Shown here one piece after another: positions 24,081-36,830 of a DNA stretch of 64,000 nucleotides; positions within the stretch are counted from its first letter, which is position 1; the number at the start of each line of letters is the position of its first letter. This stretch comes from Marsupella aquatica (lineage: Eukaryota > Plantae > Marchantiophyta). A model generated the notes under the pieces. The model was given only the letters and a program-made list of their open reading frames with translations. It had not been told where the DNA came from and made no database searches. The position numbers and the translations under genes were made by a program. The stretch is taken from positions 8,580,234 to 8,644,233 of the forward strand of contig OZ316894.1 of assembly GCA_973895155.1 (NCBI GenBank), in the 5' to 3' direction.

Positions 24081-26425
24081 TTGGCATGAGGAAGATAGTG
24101 GACATTTGTGAAGCCTCTGAGAAAATTGTCTCTAGTTTCGGGAAAAGTGAAGCATTTGTACTTCCCAAATCAAAGAACGGTAAGATCAAAGTTTGCAGAA
24201 AGGGCTTTGAACACATGTAGTAATGGGATGTTTGTGAGGTTTGACTACAATGTGACCCTGTTGCTTTTGAGGGTCAAGCAATTTCCGTATAATATTGAAC
24301 ACCACACTGGGTAAGAAAGAATGAGTCTCACATTCAGGGTACTCTGTACAATGCAGTCGGGCGACACAGACAAGAGATGGTGTACCAGTTTTAAGATGTG
24401 GGTATTTCCTTTAGTGAATGATCTAGACAACGAGTGTTCTTAGGTATTGTACTCACTGATTGTCACCTAAATCTTAAAACAAGGCATTATGATCGCATAA
24501 GATCTTGTCCACTGTAAATTCCTTCGTGCACTACCTCCAGGGAGCCTGAAAACTGTGTGCCGTAAAGCGATACAATGAGAACAATGAGTTCTCAACTTGT
24601 ACCCTAGTATCTCCAGCCCCCTTCTCGGCCATTAAGAGGTTGTCTAGCAGGCGTTGAAAGTTGGAAAAATTTTGGCTTGAATTATTTTGCACATACCGAC
24701 ATTGATCGATATTTTCTGCTCAAGGGCATGTGAAGGCTCTCGCGCTGCCGCTTTTTGGGGATCCAAATGACCTAGTGATGCCATACCGCAGGGGCTGAAT
24801 TCCTGAGCTGAATTGTGGGCCAAACTCATTGTTGGTCATGGGTTTCCATGCAATTAATCACTTGAATGCGGAATTGTGCTTTATTTCAAATAATAATGTC
24901 CACAATGCAGGGTCGGCAAAAAATTCAATTCGAAAAATGTCTTTGGGTTGGATTGGGTTAAGATTTTGTGGGTATTGACACAGGAGCCGCAGAAGTTCTT
25001 GGAATGGTTTGCAAACAGCAGTGTCGTGGTGAAATTTGTCGTCAAGAAATATCATACTTGGAGTAATTAGCACTGGAGACAAGGGACCTATGCCCAGTTG
25101 ATGATTACGATCATCGCTAGCTAATTTATCGACTCTTAGTAGATTCTGCCATGGTTCTTCGTAGATTAAGCCATGGTGTACCTGGTGCCGACAGACTGTG
25201 ACACTGAATTAGGAAAGGCCACTCAAGAAAACTAATATCAAACGTAATTCATATCCTCATAGAATTGCTCTAAACCGCCTTTCTTAAAGCTTTTGATGCC
25301 TGAGCGACATAGGTAGCGGTTTCAGTCAGATTTAGCCACCTGTCAGCGCCTTGATGTGATGGGTAAAGCGGTACGGCTCCATAGGTTCTCGATGAATGAT
25401 TGTGAAATATAGCCCATGAGATCGATCAGGATATCTACTCACATTCACAAATTTATGATCTAGAGCTTTCACTTTTATCAAGATGATCTTGCAAACCAGA
25501 AAAATCAAGGCCCATAAGTCTCTACACAGCTGGACTGGAAAAGCGAACCAGAATTGAGGTGCGATGCAATTGTCAACCAAAGCTAATCTTGATGTAGCAC
25601 AATGGTGCAATTTCTCTCAAGAGGCCGACTGTCTGGTATCCAACTCCAGAGTCTCCAATACCAAAAGTTTTCAGTGCCTTTTGACCCACTTGGCTCAATT
25701 GATCAAAATCCACAATAGTTCCACCCACCCTTCGGCATCTTAGCAAATAGCCTCGTGTAAAGAAAAGCCTTAAAATGTAAGCGAGAGATGCAATAGTCAA
25801 AGTATGCAGAATCGGTCATTATCATTTTAATCAGGTAAGTTTGTGTCGTGGTTTGTCATCACTAACATCCGACTTTCATAAACGCGCAAGCTAACTCCGC
25901 TATACGCCAATAATTTCATCGAGGTCTAGCTTTGATGCACATTCTAAAGGTCGTAAGGTCGTAAGGCCTGGACTTTGTCATTTGCTTCAGTCACGCTTTC
26001 TAACTAGCGTTGTAGATAATTTAAAATTTTGATCAGGAGACCTGTCTGGCTATTTAATGAGTCCATAAAATCTTTACACATACCACTTTAGTGAGAGTTC
26101 TAACGGTGCAGCCTGAACTTCAACACTCAATTTTCTCCTTCTCTGCTACAGTAGTTTCCGACTCTACACCTGTATTGTTCCACTTTGATTCTACGAGAGT
26201 GTGAGATATGATGCTCTCTCCCTATGGATCGATCCTCAGAACCTAAAGCCCTTTCATATGTTCTCTCCATACCAACTTAGAACTTTTAATCAAAGGCATC
26301 GGATTCACTCATCGCACTAGTTAAATTGTCGCTCTTTCTGTAGATTGTTTGACTTGTAGCACATCCACTGGTGCTGATTAATGTGATCGACTTTTTGTAC
26401 AATAAGCGAGAGTTCAATTCTGATT

Positions 26426-28402
26426 TCAAAGCTTAAATTCATCAAGAAGGAAGAGCCCGTCTTTGGAAGCAGACATGCTTTGATCCTTGTACCTGGTTGC
26501 TAGTACGTGTTTGAGGTAGTCGCCCTGAGTGAAAGGCCTGTACAATCGATGGTGGCTGTCATCCACAACTTCCTCAGGAGCAGATATGGAAACGTCCTTA
26601 TCTACATTCATAAAAGCTGCAAGCGAGAAACGGTGTATTGATTCGTTGACCACCACGCGATGCAACACGCTCTTAAAAACACCATTGGTCCATGCCTGCA
26701 AATACACACCAAAAAGAAATGTTTTCCAGTCAGACAGCCCTTCTTACCCAGGATCTAATAAGCTAGGAGAAAAAATGACCACTTCCATACGATCGAAGCG
26801 GCTCAAAACTGAAAATCAAGGGAAAGCTAATAAGGTATCATAAATGTTCAAAGATGTGATCCATAAAACAGGATACGAAGAGCACCTTTCATCAGTGGAT
26901 CGATGCATCTTTTAGTATCAATCAGTCTTTTCAGACAACAACGAAAGCTGAATTTCACATGACGACATTTAACAGGCTCCACTCTCTCCTTGAGCTATGG
27001 ACTCTATGACTACACTTAGAGAAATATAAAATTGAGGTATTAGTTCCATTATGCTACAACGCATTATTTTATAACGATGTATGATTGATTTCATTGACGA
27101 CACCCTGAAATCAACTTTTGCAACGCGTTTGCTGTTAGCTCAGGTTCCATAAGAAAGACTCATGATTCAAAATTTCACAAGCGTGATTTAAGGAAGGGGC
27201 ACAGATTCCAAGAGAATGACTTACGTGCAAAATATCCCCAACGTTGACAACAAGAGCCCCTTCTATTGGCTTGATACCAATCCAGTCTCCATCTTTTTGT
27301 ATTTGCAGCCCTCCGACTTTGTCTTGTATTAACAGAGTTAAACTGCAACCATCCGTATGACTGCTAGCACCCAGAACATCTGAAGGCCGAGGACACGCTG
27401 GATAAAAATTCCAACGCAATCGCGTCCTCTTTGAATCCAAGTGCTGCGAGAAGAAGTCTGTTGAAAGCCCCAAACTTTCGGCAATCAGATAATGGAGTTG
27501 TTCGTTGATGTCTTCTGCCCTAGAGCAGAACTTGATCACTGCGTCCCTGTAGGTGATAAACAAATTTGTGCGAGGCACATTTAGATCAATTGCTGAGAGC
27601 ACAATTTGTTTTTAATTCGAGGGGCACACAACTCCAAATTAAAATGGACAAATCAAACTGCAATTACACCTAGAAAAATCGAAGCTCACCTAAATTCTGG
27701 ATTTCCTTCAGGCCAGATTTCGCTGATAATCTGATCTATGTTATTTGGCGGAAACATCAGGCTCTCTGCCCAGTGTAAGGCCGAACCCTTCTCATCAGTG
27801 TTGTCACCAATATAGGTTCGTCCTTCAGGCCCCCCCCGTCCCAAAATCTGCTTAATTTCCGCAGGCAATTCAAAGAACTTCAATCCCACAGATTGCACTG
27901 CCCTCAACTCATCCACAGTAAGACCATGATTGACAAGTTGAAAAAACCCCCACTCAGCAGCAGCATTGTGTATTTGCTTTATAGTTCCAGCTCTGTCTGT
28001 CTCCGCTAGAGAGAGATCTATCACCGGGATGTCTCCCAATTTAGTCCACTCGTCATGTCTCACTTTTGGGCGTTCTCCCTCACTCACTGTCAAATCTTTC
28101 AACAATTCTTCTCCACCCTCTCTGGTATTTCGAAGGTGCTCCAATATCTCAAGAACGGTGCCTGGTCTTCCACTCTCCACTGGTGGGATCGAGAACGGAG
28201 TAGCACTAGAAGGAACAGCCGGGGCTGCAATGTTCCCCACCTTACTTTTCAGCCGAAGTCTAATGCATCCTCCAGTTCTTTGCGGCAATGCCAAGCTGGG
28301 TGCTAGACCACCCAATTTACATTCGACTGAAGCAGCTCCACTCCATGGATTGAGACGGGTAGTGCAAAGGCCATGACCAAGTCCCGTCAGCGTGAGTAAC
28401 AT
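26426..28402 (-). CDS. 2-oxoglutarate/Fe(II) dioxygenase (DOXC class), 434 aa; exons 28402-27690, 27546-27225, 26695-26426
   Basis: IPVIDLS, EWGFFQLVNHG, NFYPACPRP, HTD, VLHRVVVN, RFS (HxD..H and RxS motifs); GT-AG introns in phase. Confidence 0.92.
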
Positions 28403-31400
28403 TGTTGTATGCAGCTGGAATGGGAAGCCTGGGCGGATTCCGGTCCTTGTCAACTTTTGAATTTGTTATGCAGCGTGGGCCTCACCGAATGAGTCGATGG
28501 ACCTCGTTGAATTACCGCAAGTGAAATACTGCAAACAAATCTAGCCAGATGAATAGAGTACAAATTGGACGAACAATTAGCCAACCAAGTCTAAAACTCT
28601 TGCTCTGCAAGTAAGCAGAGACAACCAAAGCTGGCACTGTAACCACCTCCCGTTGTTCCAGCTGAGTCGAAAGGTTGTGGGCAACATGATTGGCTCGTGA
28701 TACCCGCTTTTTTGAGACGTCCCAGATGTCCAGTCCCTGAGTGGAGAGATCAGACGTGTTCTGTCCTGGTGTAAAGATCTGATATTTCTCTTCATTACGC
28801 GTGTTCAGTTTCTGGCAAGGGGTTTGTGGGTGGTCCCAAATGTCCTGTCTCTTGGTCGAGTGATCAGACTTGTTCTGCTGTGAGTATCTGGTATTTCCTT
28901 TACTACGTGGGCACTTCTCAGACTTGTTCTTATGTATGGCATCTCCTTTACTACGTGTGCACTTTTTGGCTTGGCAAAAGGGCTTTTGCAGGTTTTGGTA
29001 AAAGGGCTTTTGCAGGACCTACACTAAGAGTGAAACTTCTACAGTAGAACCTCATTCTGGGGGCCGAGCTGGGCATAAGTATAATTGAGGGAGGGGGGTG
29101 GAGGGGGGGGAGGAGGAGGTGTAGAAGATAGGGATTGGGGACATGGTGAGTCTGTGTGAAAAGTCACTAGACACCAATGATTCTAGTCACTAGAATCAAA
29201 CAGGTAATGGAATTCAATAATGGGGCAATCAGGCTACTCTGAATTAAATCACAAGTTCCCATATCGAGTATTGCGGGTAGCCAGAGCTCTTTAATATACA
29301 GTACTTATCATTATGTTTAAGAAAGAGTATATTGTATTTTCAGGAGTTTCCGAGTATCATTGTCATCTCATTTGTTCATCCTAGGGGCTGATCTATGGCT
29401 CAGAATGTAGATCTCACCAATATTTATGTTCCATAACAATACTGTATATAAAAGTAGTTCATTTTTCAAGAAAATCATGAAAAAACATTTTTAGGGCACC
29501 AAAGTCCTAGGATGGGAAGTGTCATGGAGTCTTTTCACCAAGGCAAATGAACAGTGGCCGGTCAGGGGCAAGGCCCATTTTGCAGAGACAGTTGTGATTA
29601 AAGATTTTAAGCAACTAGTTTGGGAAGTTTACATTATAAAGGCCATGGAATTTAGAGACGCCAATAGTGTTAGAGAATCCACTTCAACTACATTGCGGCC
29701 TACCCAACTCATTCATTCAAGTTACAACTAGTTCACAAATGTTGTGTGTACATTTATAATTGTAAAACTACAGAAAATGACTTCCTTAACCTCCACTGGT
29801 CCTCCTGGAACCAGTTGCCAGGATGAATTGCTGTTAATACCAATTGTTCTACAAAGTGGTTTTATGGGTTGCTTAAACTCCCTATAGTTACCCTACAGTT
29901 TGACCAGTGTCTTCTAAGACATATACAATGAAGAACTTTGTAATGAAGGCAGCTACTCCCGTGGCAGTGTAAGCTTCACCAAATAGTAATTTGTTGTAGC
30001 CTTGGGTGGATAGGTTGAAACAGTAAGTTTTCTGTGGGTATTCCCAAAATGCTGGAGATTTGTTTTCCAGGTAGTTTTTGTGCCTGTGTCAGATTTGACA
30101 TATAATAGTATGGACTCTTTTTGTGGCAGTGCCAGATTTGACACGTCATAGATGGAGTGGCCAAGCTTTAGGGTTTACTTAGGGTTTTCCTTGGAATGGG
30201 ATTTGTGTTTTATAAATTGACAATGATAGGGAAGGGGAAACAGGCAGCCCAGCAATGAGGCAAAAAAGAACACAGCCCACCATGGAGGCCAAAGACCAAG
30301 TACCAGCCACAAGAAACTCGCCCTGACAGAACAAACAGAGGCCCTACATCAAGGCCCAAACCCATCCCCCAACCCAGCAGTGCTTTGGCAGAAGAGAAGC
30401 GTGCCAAAGCCCAAAGAACCCCCATCAAGTTACACCATATGTCATCCTAAGACAGTAAGTTAACAGAGATAATATGGCTACCACCCTGGTCAGCCACCTG
30501 CACCTTTGTGCATCAAAAATCCACCCCTTGGCCTGAAGCAGATATGACTGCTTCTGCCCAAAAGGGGTCGCCTGCCAACGACCTCCAAAAGGACCAAACC
30601 CAAGTTAAAGATCCTCCTGCCCCAGTGTTAGAACACATGTGCATTGCGGCCCGACCATTACTGCCACATAACTTGATAAAGCACAAATAGCTTGGCAGCA
30701 CCTGCCCCGTCCCTGCTCATGGCATCATCCAGCATGGCCAGCAGCCCGCCCCCAACCAGTAATTGCATCTCCTAAAGAGAAGATGATGATAAAGACTTCT
30801 AGATCTTTAGAAAAATCACTTAGTGTAATGATGAACAAACGAGCCTGAAAAAGCTTCTCTGCCAAAAACATGTTAATGGCTAGAAATGTGTTCAACAAAC
30901 AAGCTGAGAAAGCTTTTTGCCAAATCATGTTTGTGTTAGAAACGTGTTCCGTTGGATACATAAAGTTAGCATTCTGGAGGCATGTTTTCTTCACTTACAA
31001 AATCATACCATGTGAGCACAGTGTTGCCTTCATTATGGCATTTGTATCTCATTATCCTAAACTATAATACACAGTTGCGTCACTTTTTAGAGTGATCTAC
31101 ATTCAAATTTGCAGAGCACAAAAATTAAAAAATCTGATCAAAAGTAAGTAATAAAGCCAAAGTGTCAATTGAGTTTAGTGTGACACCAAAAGTTGCACCA
31201 TTCTTTAAGACAAGCCAAAGAATCACACCATACACCCAAAAAAGCGAAAGACTTTAATTAACACAATGCACAAGAATCAATGCACTAGGATCAAGGAGGA
31301 TACTCCCTCCATGATCCATGCACTTAAGTATTGTACATACTCAGATGCAAGTAAATATTCTACATATTCAATATTGTGTGCAACATAGTTTTGTATAATA

Positions 31401-31712
31401 GTGGTAAGAGGAGTTTAATTGCTAATAATATTTTAGTCACTTGATCTATAAAGAATTGTTCAATAAAAAATTGTTCTCCCGATATTTGTGTTGATTTTAG
31501 AGTCATTTGCACTGTCATTTTTAATGCCAAAAAACAAAACTAATAAGGCCCAAAGACATAGTGAAATGCATGGCACGGGCGTTGATGGCAAGGTGTCGGG
31601 CGAGGGGCACACTTGCAATGTAGGGCAGCCCCTCAAAGGGCTCCAGTCGCGCATGGGTGGGGATGGGCAAGGGGAACGGCGAGTGAGTGAAGTGATGGTG
31701 AAATGGGGAAAA

Positions 31713-32120
31713 TGTTGAGTATAGACGACATTCGCAACGGCAAGCCCATGAACCATCCAACGCACAAGAATCGACACAGAGAGATACGTGGTTCACTTCC
31801 ACGGGAACACACAAGCTTAGAGCTTTACTGCACTCTAGGCCGACCGGTCATACCAAGCATCCACAGCACAAGCTCTCCCTATCTCTTAACTAGCTCCGTA
31901 ACAATGAACCTAAGTTCCACCAGGGTCTGGCATCAGCCCTGGCTATATGCACAACAGCACAACCGCTAACATTAGCTAAGTCCTAACCCGAGTTAGCCTA
32001 ACTGTAGTTAGCTCATGAGTCACAAGACTAGAGCAATATCTAACAAACTCCCCCTTGACTCTTGTCTTGGGGACTGGACTAAATGCTACCATATGGAATC
32101 CTCAGCGGGAAATTCTAGGA
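31713..32120 (-). mobile_element. Truncated copia remnant: 333-bp 3' LTR (31713-32045), PPT and ~75 bp of internal sequence, related to the 14697-21299 family
   Basis: TGTTGAGTATAGACGAC...GCAACGGCAAGCCCATGAACCATCCAACGCACAA matches the LTR; ends TCTAACA followed by AACTCCCCCTTGACTC and CCTCAGCGGGAA, as at 15172-15240. Confidence 0.85.
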
Positions 32121-32139
32121 CAATCTCCTCTCTCCTTGA

Positions 32140-32610
32140 CTTTTTATTTCATAACATCTTTCACATAACGAAAACTTGGGTGAAACGACACCTTTTTTCT
32201 TATAACATCTTTTACTTCACGATATCTTTGGCAAAATGACACATTTTTCTTATCAACATGTTTCACATAATGGCATCTTTAGCAAAATGACTTCTTTTTC
32301 TTAACCACATCTTTTTACTTCATGACATCTTTCATATAACAACATCTTGGGTGACACGACATCATTTTCTTAACGACATCTTTTGTGCAACGCACAGGTA
32401 TTGTCCCTCAACGATGTCTTGGCCGACAAGACGTCTTTTCCCTCAATGACGTCTTTGCTGACATGACATTTTTTTTTTCAACGACATCTTGGTTGACATG
32501 ACAATTTTTTCTTGACAACATCTTGACCGACACGACATCTTTTCTCTCCACGATCTCTTGACCAACAGGACATCTTTTCTTTCAACGACCTCTTGGCTGA
32601 CATGACTTAC
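32140..32610. repeat. Degenerate minisatellite built on an ACGACATCTT core
   Basis: Many variants of (a)acgacatctt separated by T-runs or ggc/gac. Confidence 0.7.
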
Positions 32611-33014
32611 TTTGTACAACTCACTGGTATTGAGCTAGTTTAACATGATAATGTCAAGTCCGCCCAGGCCTAATCTTTTCCTATGCTTGATCGTGTATTT
32701 ACTTTGTGACATGGGGAAAGATATTGTTTTAGTTGTATGAAGGAATCCATTGGAAATCGTTAAGCACAAGGACGGCCTGGTGGCTGTGATCTTTATTTGC
32801 TTTGTAACGTGGGGAATGATATCATTGTAGTTCTATTAACGTGGGGAATGATATCTACTTTCTTTATATATATGGCATTTATATCTTATTATTTATGCGA
32901 ATGTGGGCTCAAATGCTCCCCAGCCTAATCTTTTCCGCTGCTTGATCGACAGTCGGGAAAGATATCATTTTAGTTATATAAAGAAACCCTCTGGATACCG
33001 TGGAGCACATGGAC

Positions 33015-34310
33015 GGTCTGGTAGCTCAATTCACTACCCAGAAAAAGGTTAGCAATGTGGGTTGAATCCCGCCCATGCCAAATCTTCTCTGGCTATGGTT
33101 TACGTAGTAGAATCGACGCTCTTTCCCTGTAGTTGGCAAGACCGTGAGGGGACATGTCTGGTCATCAATCCATCTCAGCAACGAATGTTCGACGCTGCAA
33201 ACTGTTCCATCAGCTCGAGAAGATTGGTCCCTGAGTGATCGGTATGAGGCAAATGGGAAGACAATATTGTCAAATAAGTAAGCCTAGTTGACATCATGAT
33301 TTACATGGAGGTCTGGTAGCTCGATTCACACACCCGAAAAAGGATACAGCGATGTGGGTTCGAATCCCGCCCAGGGCAAGTCTTTTGTCCCTGGCTAGGT
33401 TTTACGTAACGGCATCGATGATCTTTCCCTGGAGTTGGCAAGGCCGTGAGAGGAGCTGTCTGATCATCAATCTATCTCAGCATCGAATTTCCGAAGCTAC
33501 AATCTCGAGTTCCATCAGCTCGAATTGGTCTCAAAGTGATCGGTATATGAGGCAAAGACAAACACAAATACTGGATAAGCAGCAGAGATAAACATTATGA
33601 CTTCTATGGAGGTCTGGTAGCTCGATTCTCATACCCGAAAAAGGTTCAAGCGATGTGGGTTCGAATCCCGCCCAGACCAAATTCCTTTTTTGTCTGATTA
33701 GGTTTACGTACCGGCACCGACGCTCTTTCCCTGTAGTTGGCGACCTTGGGAGGACCAGTCTGGCCATCAATCTATCTCAGCAACGAATTCCCGACGCTAC
33801 AATATCATCAATCTTTCTCAGCAAAGAAATCCCGACGCTGCAATTTCCTGTTGCATCAACGCTTTTGATTGGGCTTTAAATGATCGGTAGGTGAGGCAAA
33901 CGGGACACAATATTACCAAATAAGTAGGAGAGGTAGACATCGTCTCTTATATGGAGGTCTGGCAGCACCGGAAAAAGGTTAAGCGATGTGGGTTCGAATC
34001 CCGCCCAGGCCAACTCTTTTTTTTCTGGCTAGGTTTACGTATGAGCATCAACGCTTTTCCCCTGTAGTTGGCAAGACAGTGAGAGGAGCTGTGATAATCA
34101 ATCTATCTCAGAAACGAATTTCCGAACCCACAATCTCGAGTTCCATCAGCTCGAGAACATTGGTCGAGTAATCGGTATGAGGCAAACGGGCACACAATAT
34201 TACCGAATAAGTGAACAATGTAGACATCATTACTTACATGGAGGTCTGGTAGCTCTTAGTCACGAACTCCAGAAGGATGGCATAGCGGGTTCGAAATCCC
34301 GCCCAGGCCA
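33015..34310 (+). ncRNA. Tandem array of tRNA-like units (heads at 33015-33080, 33310-33378, 33611-33679, 33956-34012, 34243-34310) with homologous ~230-bp spacers
   Basis: GGTCTGG...CCAG(A/G)CC-A acceptor stem, GTGGG-TTCGAAT-CCCGC T arm (B box), TAGCTC start of an A box, T-run after most heads; no canonical D or anticodon arm. Expression unknown. Confidence 0.6.
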
Positions 34311-36167
34311 AATATTTTTCTCTGACGGCTGTCATTCACGCAAAAGTATCAACTCTCTTTTCTTGCAAGAACCTGCCTGCTCATCCATCAATCCCCAGAT
34401 TTCGCCACATTTCCCCAGATTTACCCAGAGATGAACTTGTAAAGCTGCAATCTTGAGTTGTATTCCGTATCGGTATACGAGGCGATTGGGAACACAATGT
34501 TTGTTACTGAATAAACGATTAATGCGGACATGTACACTAGCATGGATTGTCTCCTGCTCGACACACCAACGACAAATCGTTTTGCCCTACGCGCGAGTCA
34601 CAGCTGCGGGAACACCAAGTTACCCTGTGATGAACCGAAGCTATCATCGCTCTGCTCTTGAACGCTTAGCAAGACACAAAGACAGTCTCCAAAGCATAAA
34701 GTGAAGATGTGCCTGATGGACCATCTCCAGCTTCCCCAAGTAAAGTTTCCCCACATTTGCTGTCTAGATGCAGACGTCACAGAGATCCCTCATAGGATAT
34801 CACACAGTTGTTTTCCGTCAGCTATTCTCGTGTTACCTACATGGAAAGTATGAAGGGTGTCCGCCTTGCACCACGATCAAGACTGCCCCGGAAGAATACT
34901 CACAGCACTTCTCCCGCTGAAATACTCTCGCTGTAGTTATAGCTCGTCTCCAGGAACAGTTGTAGAGCCAGGTATTGAATAAATGGCAATTCAGAGCTGC
35001 TCCCCAAGAAGAGGGTCATATTTGTCATTTCTTCGACACCTGATTCTACGATATTAGGAAAGTCATCACAACCCTCTTGCGTCACAAGTCTCGTTATTGT
35101 CGACTACATGTCTAATGACGTCTGAAAAAAGTGGGTTGTAGGAAACCCAGAGCTTCCAACAATTCCTCAACAATAGCGTTCCCAAGGGACGGTATCCCAA
35201 CGAATAGAGTACTGATGGCAGGGCTGACAAGCTAATGCTATGACTATGACTAATGTAGAATGTCTTCTTGTGTTACGTGACTCGAATCAGTGAGGCTAGC
35301 CCCTAGAGAGTCAGAAAAGAACAAGAAGTTGCTGTGAGGGCAACCGAACACCATATTTACACATGAGAGTGCAACAGGTTGCCTGAGAGGCCGCCCTCGT
35401 AAAAGTATTGCTTTCACCTACTACTACTTGACAAGCTATGACAGTGCTGGATGGATCAGAACAAGCAATCCATAGATTTGAAGTTGGAATCAAGGTTCAT
35501 CATTCGGAGAAAGGTATGAATCTTCACTTCCAATCAGCACTACGAAATACTTTACATCTCAGTAAGGTGCCATGATCAGCGACGCAGCTTGCCTTTCACA
35601 CGTACAAAGGGAATGGTAAATCCCGTTAGGCTCAAAACACATGGAGCAGTTCCAGGCCTCGACTGGCGCAAAACGGCACTTAAGAGATTGCAATCTAAGG
35701 AAATTGTGTCACATCTTTCGTTCAACATTTCTCGTTCAAAGTCGCAAGAGTTGTGCAAAAGCGAGTATAGCTCCGCGTCCACACCAGGACCCGACACTAC
35801 CTTCGAACAGAAACTAGGTGCGCTACATTCATTCGACCAACACACATTAGGGACCCACATCAATGTCACAGCTCATTCGATATCAAGGAAATCATTCAAG
35901 ATCCTTGGAGAGTTTTGCGGTAACATCGTTCAGACATGGTGTAGTTGCCATTAAACTAGACTCCCACACAATAACGAGAGCACAAAACTCATCGACTGGG
36001 CTCTGTCGGATGTACACAAAAGTACCCATACCCACTGTACTTGCCCCCTTCCAGAAAATCTCCGCAATATAACAGGAGCGAAGGGACTCAGACGAGACGA
36101 AGCAGACAGAGGACGAAGAAGTCGGCGGCCACAAAGAGAGCTCCGCCATGACTGAAAAGCAGTGGCC

Positions 36168-36830
36168 GCAACCCTAGAAACTACAGTAAACTAATAAGGG
36201 AGTTAGGGTGGCTCTAGAAGACCTTGGGGGCCGTTTGAGTGTTTTTTTACTGAACCTAATTTATCAAACCCTAGAAATCATAATAAAACTCATGAGGGAG
36301 TTAGGGTCGCTCTGCGACACCTTGGGGGCGGTTTGAGAGTTTTTAACAACAGCTAACCTATCAAACCCTAGAAACTACACTAGAGAATTGATGAGGGAGT
36401 TGGGGTGGCTATACAAGACCTTGAGGACACTTTGAGTGTTTTTTCCCTGAAGCTAATCTATCAGCCATTTCAAATACTAATGATATTGTATCTTGGCTAA
36501 AAGAGAGTCTGAAATCATTTCATGGCCCTCAATGTTTTGTACAGCAAATGGGGCTAGATAATTTGCCAGGAGACAAGTTGGGGACCCAGCCTCAGACACA
36601 CTCCACCTAAAAGTCAGGGTGTCATGACAAACCCTCGGGTGCACTTTGAGTGTTTTGTATCAAAGCTAATCTATTGGTCATTTAACATGCTAGAGATAGT
36701 GTACCGAGGCTTAAGGAGAGTTTGAAATAATTTTATAGCCCCCAATGTCTTGTAAAGCCAATTGCAATAAATGATGCTAGAAGAAATTGCTACAAGATAA
36801 GTTGGGGACCCACTTCACCTAAAAGTCACA
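36168..36830. repeat. Complex tandem repeat (~95-bp units x3 plus a larger degenerate duplication)
   Basis: aaccctagaaa..agggagtt(a/g)gggt.gct....gacctt..ttgag.gttttt repeated; aagttggggaccca..cacctaaaagtca twice. Confidence 0.7.

Noticed and set aside
33400-33470. C/D box snoRNA in the spacer (tRNA-snoRNA dicistron)
   Set aside because: The GATGA and CTGA boxes appear in one copy only and are not conserved in the others.
33015-34310. Functional tRNA genes, or a UCA suppressor matching the gag UGA
   Set aside because: No canonical D or anticodon arm; the TTCA in two copies is not in an anticodon loop and is not conserved.
34600-36150. Short minus-strand ORFs as a gene
   Set aside because: No recognisable domain and no consistent exon chain; may be a decayed gene but cannot be supported.
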